Shown: one piece after another, positions 1 to 6,840 of the stretch
Position numbering within the stretch: position 1 is the stretch's first letter
Layout of the letters: the number at the start of each line of letters is the position of its first letter
Virus record (IMG/VR): IMGVR_UViG_3300033406_000396
Location: 1 to 28,002 of that record
Origin: a virus
Lineage: Duplodnaviria; Caudoviricetes
Length of the DNA: 28,002 nt
Reading direction: 5' to 3' (one strand)
Notes under the pieces: generated by a model
Databases searched by the model: none
What the model saw: only the letters and a program-made list of their open reading frames with translations
Told to the model about the DNA's origin: nothing
Made by a program: the position numbers and the translations under genes

Positions 1-1410
1 TTATTCAATTTCACACTCAATATCTGTGCCGTCAAGCAAACTCATAATCAATCTGCCGTCATAAATTGTCATCTTCTCAACCAATGCAAAATATAAATCC
101 ACGTCAAGTTTTTTTATCTGCTCTGCTTCCGTGAATATTTCAATAAACTGTCTTGCCTTATATCGCACCAACACATTATCACTTTGCAAGCTTCCTTTCC
201 ATTTGTCGAGAAAATAATCCTTATTTCCAACCATCATATTGAACACATTAACGAAAGCCTGGTATAAAACTCCGTCGTCAATATGCCTGCTTTCACAGCC
301 CTTTTCGCCCTTCACCGGATATTTGCCATTGCAGCGCCAGATAATCCGCTTGAACCGGTCATCGGTAGAATTCCATACCTTCCTGCCAAAAGCCTGTCCA
401 CAAGAGCCGCATATAACTCTACCTGCAAAAGGGTTATTGGTTGTCGCATATTCAAGCTTCTGAATGCCATACTGCAGTGCGAAATTACGCCTGCGTTCCA
501 TGTCAAGCTGGACCGCTTCCCACATTTCCTTGTCAATAATGGCGGGATGGCTGTCTTCCACATAATACTGCGGCACCTCCCCATTGTTGTCTGCCCGCTT
601 CTTGCTCAAAAAATCAACAGTATAGGTTTTTTGAAGGAGCGCGTCGCCCTTATATTTTTCGTTGGTAAGCATTTTCCGGATACTGCCTTCATACCATTTT
701 GCCTTGCCATTCCAGTTTGCTACGCAGCCCAACTCCAAGTCTCTCGCAATCCGGTTGGCACCTTTTCCGTCCAGGAACTCTCGGTAGATCCGCCGCACGA
801 TTTTGGCTTGCTTTTCATTGATAACGAGATTGCCGTTTTTATCCTTGTCATATCCCAAAAACTTAGTGTGATTAACATGCAGCTTGCCCTGTTCAAAACG
901 CCGGCGGATGCCCCAGGTCGAGTTTTCCGAGATTGACCGCGACTCGTCTTGCGCCAGCGAACTTAAAATGGATAGAAGCACCTCCCCCTTGCTATCGAGT
1001 GTGAAAATATTTTCTTTTTCGAACGTCACCCCGATTCCTAGGTCTTTGAGTTGACGAACAAAATTGAGACAATCGAGGGTATTTCTGGCAAACCGTGAGA
1101 TGGATTTCGTGATAATCATATCGATTTTTCCGGCTTTGCAATCTTCGATCATCCTATTAAACTGCTCGCGCTTTTTAGTGGTGGTGCCACTGATGCCTTC
1201 ATCGGCATAAATGCCGGCAAATTCATAATCCGGATGCTTTTCTATATAGTTCGTGTAGTAGTTAACCTGGGCTTCGTAGCTTGATAACTGCTCTTCCTGA
1301 TCGGTCGATACCCGGCAATATGCGGCCACGCGTTTTTTCTGTTGCTCCAGATTTTCCGCCAGGCTTGTCCGGTTCGCCTTTGCTGGTATAACGGTAATGT
1401 TTTTTGCCAT
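1..1410 (-). CDS. Large serine recombinase (resolvase + recombinase + Zn-ribbon domains)
   Basis: VAAYCRVST catalytic motif, TKSISRFARN, LTNEKYKGD, CGSC...C...C Zn ribbon; GAGGAGG RBS 9 nt before ATG 1410. Confidence 0.95.
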   Translation of the reverse strand: MAKNITVIPAKANRTSLAENLEQQKKRVAAYCRVSTDQEEQLSSYEAQVNYYTNYIEKHPDYEFAGIYADEGISGTTTKKREQFNRMIEDCKAGKIDMIITKSISRFARNTLDCLNFVRQLKDLGIGVTFEKENIFTLDSKGEVLLSILSSLAQDESRSISENSTWGIRRRFEQGKLHVNHTKFLGYDKDKNGNLVINEKQAKIVRRIYREFLDGKGANRIARDLELGCVANWNGKAKWYEGSIRKMLTNEKYKGDALLQKTYTVDFLSKKRADNNGEVPQYYVEDSHPAIIDKEMWEAVQLDMERRRNFALQYGIQKLEYATTNNPFAGRVICGSCGQAFGRKVWNSTDDRFKRIIWRCNGKYPVKGEKGCESRHIDDGVLYQAFVNVFNMMVGNKDYFLDKWKGSLQSDNVLVRYKARQFIEIFTEAEQIKKLDVDLYFALVEKMTIYDGRLIMSLLDGTDIECEIE

Positions 1411-2563
1411 TTTTCATAACCTCCTCGACCACGGTTTCGGTTTGTATATTCATTCTGCCAATTACATCATCTTCAATCGCTGTACCATGGCAGGCGTTTT
1501 TCCCATTTTTAACATAAGTGCTGCATTGCCATACAACTTTTTTGCAGTAATATTTGCTGTTCCAAATTCTCCGGCGCAAAGGCGCCCCGCACTTACTGCA
1601 CAGCAGCATCCCCGTCAGTGGGTAGCGGTTTTGGTACTTATTTTTTGTTTCCTCTACATTACCTTTGGCCTTAGCGCGCAAAGCAATCAGTCTTTGTACT
1701 TCATCCCATATTTCTCTGCTTACAATTGGCGGATGATTATTCTCAATATAATAACTGTCGATCTCTCCCCGATTGACGCACTTCTTTTTGCTTATGTGAT
1801 CCTTGCTGTAGGTCTTTTGCAGTTTTACGTCGCCTTTGTACTTTTCATTTTTGAGTATGCCCAGCACCGTATCAGAGTGCCATTTGCCCCCGGCTACAGT
1901 GCCAACCCCCTTAGCGTTCAATGATTTTGCAATAACAAAGCTTCCCTTGCCGCCTACATAGTCGCGGAAGATCCGCCGCACAATTTCAGCTTGGTCCGGA
2001 TTAATCACCAAGTCTCCCTGCTGGTTTTTGTCATACCCCATAAAGCGAGTGGTATTAATAACAACTTTGCCCTCTTCAAACTTTCGCCGATAACGCCACT
2101 TTAAATTTTCGCTTGCACTTTTGCTTTCTTCCTGGGCAAAAGAAGAAAGGACGGTAAGCATTACCTCACCGTCCCCGCTGATACTGGATATATTTTCTTT
2201 TTCAAAAAATACCTCGACGCCCAGTTCTTTCAATTCTCTCACCATTTCTAGTACGATGGTCGTATTTCTGGCAAAACGCGAGATGGATTTTGTTAAAATT
2301 AGGTCGATTTCTCCCTCTCTGACCAAAGCCAGCATCTTCTGAAACTCTGGTCGCTCGTCTTTGGTGCCGGTTATTCCTTGGTCGGCAAAGACACCAATAT
2401 ACTCATATTCCGGATTGGCTTCAATGAAATTGCGGTAGTAGGTGGTTTGGTTTTCCAAGGATTCCCCTTGGGCTTCACTGGCAGAAGATACCCTGGCATA
2501 AGCGCAGACCCTTTTGCGTTGGGGCTGAATCTCAATTACTGGTTCAATGATTCTGACCTTCAT
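1262..2563 (-). CDS. Second large serine recombinase
   Basis: VCAYARVSS, TKSISRFARN, LKNEKYKGD, CSKC Zn ribbon; start set at ATG 2563 behind AGAAAGGA RBS; overlaps the downstream recombinase by 149 bp. Confidence 0.93.
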   Translation of the reverse strand: MKVRIIEPVIEIQPQRKRVCAYARVSSASEAQGESLENQTTYYRNFIEANPEYEYIGVFADQGITGTKDERPEFQKMLALVREGEIDLILTKSISRFARNTTIVLEMVRELKELGVEVFFEKENISSISGDGEVMLTVLSSFAQEESKSASENLKWRYRRKFEEGKVVINTTRFMGYDKNQQGDLVINPDQAEIVRRIFRDYVGGKGSFVIAKSLNAKGVGTVAGGKWHSDTVLGILKNEKYKGDVKLQKTYSKDHISKKKCVNRGEIDSYYIENNHPPIVSREIWDEVQRLIALRAKAKGNVEETKNKYQNRYPLTGMLLCSKCGAPLRRRIWNSKYYCKKVVWQCSTYVKNGKNACHGTAIEDDVIGRMNIQTETVVEEVMKNGKKHYRYTSKGEPDKPGGKSGATEKTRGRILPGIDRSGRAVIKLRSPG

Positions 2564-2593
2564 AATACTGTTCCTTTCTATCAAATTCCACTA

Positions 2594-2626
2594 CTATTCA
2601 TCACTCTGAAACACTCTAAAGTCAAG
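2594..2626 (-). promoter_or_regulatory. Putative promoter/operator for recombinases (CTTG-N15-AGAGTGAT-N2-ATAG)
   Basis: TTGACT -35-like hexamer; same motif with identical spacing recurs at 26710-26742. Confidence 0.55.
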
Positions 2627-2633
2627 TTAATAG

Positions 2634-2667
2634 AAAAACACCGATACCTATTAATGGTAACGGTGTT
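2634..2667 (-). terminator. Intrinsic terminator closing the glycine-zipper moron
   Basis: Minus strand AACACCGTTACC-attaata-GGTATCGGTGTT followed by T run. Confidence 0.75.
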
Positions 2668-2702
2668 AAAAGAAAATTTTTATATTACGCTTAAATCATT
2701 TA

Positions 2703-3890
2703 TTAGAACCAGTCAGATATCACACTTACCAATTCACAACTTGCAAGATAGCCAACCGTACCACCAATAATGCCACCTGCAGCTGCGCCTATCGGTCCGC
2801 CAACCGCTCCAATCATGGCTCCAACTTCGGCACCAGCCATAGCTCCACCAGTCTTAGCTGCAGCTTTGCTAGTATGTTTAACTGCATTAACAGCTACTTC
2901 ACTTTGGGTTACTTCCCCGTTACAACACTTTCTAATATCCCCATAAATATCTCCGCCAGCTTCGAAAATAGTTGATGCAATAGCCATCGGAACATTTCCT
3001 TTAGCTACATTTTGGGCACCTGCTTTAATAAGAGCATGCTTTGTTCCTGTTGTCATGGCACTAACGGCAGCACTGCGAGCACCACTTTTAACAGTATCTT
3101 TGATTACTTGTTTTCCTGCATCAGCAACACTTTTTTCTCCGTTCCAGCAATCAACCACATTTGAAACAGTCGAAGTAGCAGCCCCTAATGCGGCACCAGC
3201 AATAGCCGCATTTGCTGTATTTGTTTTCATCTCCAACTTCAGAGCATCATCGCTATATTTGCCACCTTTAGTAACTAGCTCTTCCGCACCCTTTTTACTT
3301 AACGGTTTGGATTCAACCCCGTCATGTTTCAACCGATCTGTTGCATTTCTAGCAGTATCAGAATATTCCGGAGCTTTAAGCGTCCCAGTCTTTGCTCGAT
3401 CACTTGCAAGTTGCTTCACACGTTCAACTTGATCAGATGGGCATATTTTCTGCCTACCCTGATCAAAACAATTCGACTGATCAAATGTTGTTTCAGTCGC
3501 TTTAGCTCGGTACTTTAGGCCAGCTTCGGCTACTTTTTTATTCCCTTTGTTAACAACTAGATCAGCTGTTCCCTTAGACCCAAATCCCCCTCGCGGTCCC
3601 AATTCAACAAGCATATCCTGTTTACCTTTGAAGATAGCATCAGCTTCAAAGGTAACTTTATGATGTAATTCAGCCGCATATCCTGCAGTACTTTCAATCG
3701 TGCAGTTTTTCCTACTAGCAACAAGCTTGTCCAACATTTTTTCACCATCAATTAATTTCTCCACAGATGCAGCTACCCTCCGGCCTTCCGGAGAATTGTG
3801 GGCGCCTAAAACGCTGCCAATACATTGAGCCTGTTCTTTTTCCTGTTCTTTTTCCTCTTTTTTTACATCATTATGCCGAACTGCTGTCAT
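2703..3890 (-). CDS. Hypothetical protein; N-terminal nuclease-like motif pattern, C-terminal Ala/Gly-rich helices and glycine zipper
   Basis: Long ORF; ATG 3890 preceded by AAAGGTGG; GYAAELHH...ADLVV...EAGLKY; terminal GAMAGAEVGAMIGAVGGPIGAAAGGIIGGTVG. Gene is solid, function inferred. Confidence 0.8.
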   Translation of the reverse strand: MTAVRHNDVKKEEKEQEKEQAQCIGSVLGAHNSPEGRRVAASVEKLIDGEKMLDKLVASRKNCTIESTAGYAAELHHKVTFEADAIFKGKQDMLVELGPRGGFGSKGTADLVVNKGNKKVAEAGLKYRAKATETTFDQSNCFDQGRQKICPSDQVERVKQLASDRAKTGTLKAPEYSDTARNATDRLKHDGVESKPLSKKGAEELVTKGGKYSDDALKLEMKTNTANAAIAGAALGAATSTVSNVVDCWNGEKSVADAGKQVIKDTVKSGARSAAVSAMTTGTKHALIKAGAQNVAKGNVPMAIASTIFEAGGDIYGDIRKCCNGEVTQSEVAVNAVKHTSKAAAKTGGAMAGAEVGAMIGAVGGPIGAAAGGIIGGTVGYLASCELVSVISDWF

Positions 3891-3911
3891 TTGAGATCCC
3901 ACCTTTGATTA

Positions 3912-4391
3912 TTATTTATTCTTAACCAATCGGTCTAACAATCGCTCAATTGCCAACAACTCAGAATCCAGCAATTTCATTTGTGCTTCCAATTCAATCT
4001 TGGTCTGCTCTATTTCATACTTTCGAGCTTCTAACTTCATACGATTTTCTTCCAAGGTCTGTTGTTGCTCTTCTTTTGTGCTATTAGTAAGCGTTGTAAA
4101 TGTTTGTCCAACAATTCCCCCTAACAAACCACCTGCAACTGCCCCAACTGCCAAGCCAACCGGCCCACCAAATAAGCCCATTCTTGCACCAAGTGCTGCA
4201 CCAGCCATGACTCCGGGAGTTGTCGTTCCATTACGCAATTGAAAAAAACGCTCTAGTTCTTCTTGTAAAATCCGATAGCCTAATCTTCCTCCCATATCTT
4301 CCGCAACTAGCTTTCCATCACGAATCCATCGACGTACAGTTTCTTCGGAAACATTCATTTTCTTTGCAGCATCTTTTATAGTGACATACAT
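3912..4391 (-). CDS. Excisionase/MerR-like (HTH_17) DNA-binding protein fused to glycine zipper and coiled coil
   Basis: TIKDAAKKMNVSEETVRRWIRDGKL...YRI; GAALGARMGLFGGPVGLAVGAVAGGLLGG; heptad-rich C-terminus; AGGAGGAA RBS. Confidence 0.88.
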   Translation of the reverse strand: MYVTIKDAAKKMNVSEETVRRWIRDGKLVAEDMGGRLGYRILQEELERFFQLRNGTTTPGVMAGAALGARMGLFGGPVGLAVGAVAGGLLGGIVGQTFTTLTNSTKEEQQQTLEENRMKLEARKYEIEQTKIELEAQMKLLDSELLAIERLLDRLVKNK

Positions 4392-4420
4392 TGTTTTTCC
4401 TCCTAACTGTCTATGGGAAA

Positions 4421-4449
4421 ATAATACACCACAACCTTCTTATTGTCAA
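4421..4449 (-). promoter_or_regulatory. SigA-type promoter of HTH/glycine-zipper operon
   Basis: TTGACA (4449-4444), 17 nt spacer, TATTAT (4426-4421). Confidence 0.85.
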
Positions 4450-4474
4450 TACATTATTGCTACATTGTTAATAC
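4442..4474. repeat. Three tandem imperfect 11-bp direct repeats overlapping the -35 box (putative operator)
   Basis: ATTGTCAATAC / ATTATTGCTAC / ATTGTTAATAC at 4442, 4453, 4464. Confidence 0.65.
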
Positions 4475-4522
4475 TTTTATCACTATACAGTCACACACCG
4501 TGTTGTTTCTTTTCCTTTTCAC

Positions 4523-5128
4523 TTAAAACCGCCACACATGCTTGACCTCCCAGCCGGAGGTCTTTATTTTTCCCTTGACCAAATCCTCCGGCGCCAATTG
4601 TACTTCCGCCGCCACGGCTCTATTCGGAGCATAGTTTCGCTGCACACCGACCGGTATATAGGCATCACCCAAGTGGCTGCCTACTCCTGCGGAAAACTCC
4701 CACGATTTATCCAGATTAATTTTCAGTACATCCACCTTATACTCGTTATCATTTTTAACCACAGCCGTCCGATCGGTTTTTTCCAGTGTGGCGGGTGGCA
4801 AGGTCGCATCCTGTTTATTGATCCTCTCCGCCACCTGCTCAGCTGCAATCTCCAAAGAAGGAGCGTTTACAGTAAAATTGGCAACAGGCTGCTTAGCTTT
4901 CAGTGCATCATACGCCGCCTGCAGTTCCTTAACATTCATCTGTGAGATATGAAGGGCTTTGCTTAACGTCTGAACCTGCTCCATTTGTTCCTGTTGTAGC
5001 ACCACTGCCTGTCGGACTTCCTTATCTAAAATCTGCAACCGCCATACGCCAATAAAAACAATGATCAATACCACGCAACCGCAGACAATCGGCAAACGGT
5101 ATCGCTGCCATAACTCGCCGGTCAGCAT
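4523..5128 (-). CDS. Lysis-cassette membrane protein, spanin-like candidate
   Basis: Directly after and overlapping endolysin (ATGCTGA); N-terminal hydrophobic segment, coiled coil, beta-strand-like C-terminus ending VWRF; GGAGG RBS. Confidence 0.6.
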   Translation of the reverse strand: MLTGELWQRYRLPIVCGCVVLIIVFIGVWRLQILDKEVRQAVVLQQEQMEQVQTLSKALHISQMNVKELQAAYDALKAKQPVANFTVNAPSLEIAAEQVAERINKQDATLPPATLEKTDRTAVVKNDNEYKVDVLKINLDKSWEFSAGVGSHLGDAYIPVGVQRNYAPNRAVAAEVQLAPEDLVKGKIKTSGWEVKHVWRF

Positions 5129-5655
5129 GCTACTGCCTCCAAATATTCATTGATGCCTTGATAAATCGCCTTGGCAAATTGGTTCTGCCAATTTTCGTTG
5201 CCAAGCATAAATTCCTCCGTTGGGTTCGATAGAAACGCTAATTCTACCAAAACTGCAGTTGCGTTCGCATGCCGGGTTACATACAACCCGGTATTTTTTA
5301 TGCCCCGGTCCGCCAAGCCAAGTGCAACGATTTGTTCCTGTATCAACGCGGCCAAATGTTCGCCATTGGCGCTTACGGCACAGTAATAGGTTTCCGTTCC
5401 ATGCGCTTCGTCATGCGTTGCTGCGTTACAATGGATGCTGACAAACAAATTTGCACCAAAGGAATTAGACAGATCACAGATCTCTTGCAAATCATTGCTT
5501 TGAACGTAATGAATTTCATGCCCAAACTCCAAAAGAAGTTGCTCTAGCTTTCGCGCTACGGCAATATTCACATCGACTTCGCGCAATCCAGTAGAACCAA
5601 CAGCTCCGCAATCTAACTCAACATGATGCCCGGGATTAATAGTAATTCTGGCCAT
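5122..5655 (-). CDS. Endolysin, N-acetylmuramoyl-L-alanine amidase (Amidase_3)
   Basis: INPGH...E, FVSIHCNA, GTETYY, AVLVELAFLSN motifs; catalytic domain only; start placed at ATG 5655 after GGGAG. Confidence 0.93.
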   Translation of the reverse strand: MARITINPGHHVELDCGAVGSTGLREVDVNIAVARKLEQLLLEFGHEIHYVQSNDLQEICDLSNSFGANLFVSIHCNAATHDEAHGTETYYCAVSANGEHLAALIQEQIVALGLADRGIKNTGLYVTRHANATAVLVELAFLSNPTEEFMLGNENWQNQFAKAIYQGINEYLEAVAC

Positions 5656-5674
5656 ATGAACATGACTCCCTTTA

Positions 5675-6277
5675 TTATTTCTTCTCTTCATCTTTATTCT
5701 CACCGCTTCGAATCGTCATGGAAAAGGAACTGCCAGATAGTTTGGACGCAAGCTGACAAATATACTGTTTCACCAACGCTACGTTCTTGCTTCCCATTTC
5801 TTCGAGATTTTCCATGATAGAAAACAGCTCGGTAACCGCAATCGTCGCATAAATAGCTCCCGAGATCGCTTTATTGGCCGCCACCACCATATCCGGCAGT
5901 TTGCCAACCATCCCGGCAGCAATAACCAGCACAACATAAGTAAATATTTTCTCGCTCCAGCACTTTCGCAAATTTGTGCTTGTCAAATACCCTGGCTTCC
6001 AAGCATTCAGAAATTGACAAACAATGACGGCCATTGACACGGTTTCCGATGAAAATTGCAGTTCATTGATGCAATATCGTTTTGTAACCGCGGCCCACTT
6101 TGTTACGGTATCCAATACAATAAACACCAGTACTGCCAGCAGTATCATTTCTGAACCGCCAAATAAAAAACAGCCGAGCGAAGAAACGCCAGCTGCTGCC
6201 ATTTTGATAGGCCAAAACTCCAAGATTGCTTCCAACCCATTCCGGAACATATTGTACAACTTGAACAAGCACTCCAT
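5675..6277 (-). CDS. Phage holin
   Basis: Several hydrophobic segments, ELFSIMENLEEMG motif typical of holin family 4-like proteins, directly upstream of amidase. Confidence 0.8.
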   Translation of the reverse strand: MECLFKLYNMFRNGLEAILEFWPIKMAAAGVSSLGCFLFGGSEMILLAVLVFIVLDTVTKWAAVTKRYCINELQFSSETVSMAVIVCQFLNAWKPGYLTSTNLRKCWSEKIFTYVVLVIAAGMVGKLPDMVVAANKAISGAIYATIAVTELFSIMENLEEMGSKNVALVKQYICQLASKLSGSSFSMTIRSGENKDEEKK

Positions 6278-6297
6278 CTTTTCGCCTCCTGTTCTTT

Positions 6298-6840
6298 TTA
6301 TAGTAATCCATAACCGCTCAGCGCTGCTTTTAACGTTCTCACATCATCGGCCAATAGCTCGCATTGATCCCGCAGCGCTTGGCATTCCGCTTGTGTAGGC
6401 GTTGCCGAAAACGTCAGTGCGCCGATTGCGCCATCCGCATTGTTCAACGCAACCGTTGTTTTTACAATCGGAGCAGTACCAAAAAAGCCAATCTTTCCGG
6501 CAGCCGTAACCTCGTTGAACCAAGACCCCGCCTTGTACACCACGGCTTCAAACGTTGCCTTGTTCCAGATACGCATTCCCTCGAAGGGCAAAAAGAATGC
6601 CCATGCGCCGCCAATATATTGAGCCAAGTACTTATCCTTCCCAACCCAGGCTCCGGTTGCTCCGTTGCCAACAACATACAGGATCCCTTCGGTTCCGCTT
6701 GGCGGCGCTGTCAACGCCATGCTTTCCACGGCTGTCTGAACAAGAGCATCCAACCGGTTTATTCCCTCGTTATGCGTTACCTCTTTTTGCGATTGTCCCA
6801 CCGATAAATACGGCACGCTCAATCTTGGGCTGTTGCTCAT
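6298..6840 (-). CDS. DUF2793-family tail-associated protein
   Basis: PRLSVPYL..GQSQKEVTHNE..NRLDALVQ...ATGAW.G...W.F..P.EG signature. Confidence 0.85.
   Translation of the reverse strand: MSNSPRLSVPYLSVGQSQKEVTHNEGINRLDALVQTAVESMALTAPPSGTEGILYVVGNGATGAWVGKDKYLAQYIGGAWAFFLPFEGMRIWNKATFEAVVYKAGSWFNEVTAAGKIGFFGTAPIVKTTVALNNADGAIGALTFSATPTQAECQALRDQCELLADDVRTLKAALSGYGLL

Noticed and set aside
1395-1415. A-run (AAAAAAC) at the recombinase overlap as a frameshift fusing the two recombinases
   Set aside because: The downstream gene is in the +1 frame, not -1, and has its own GAGGAGG RBS and ATG
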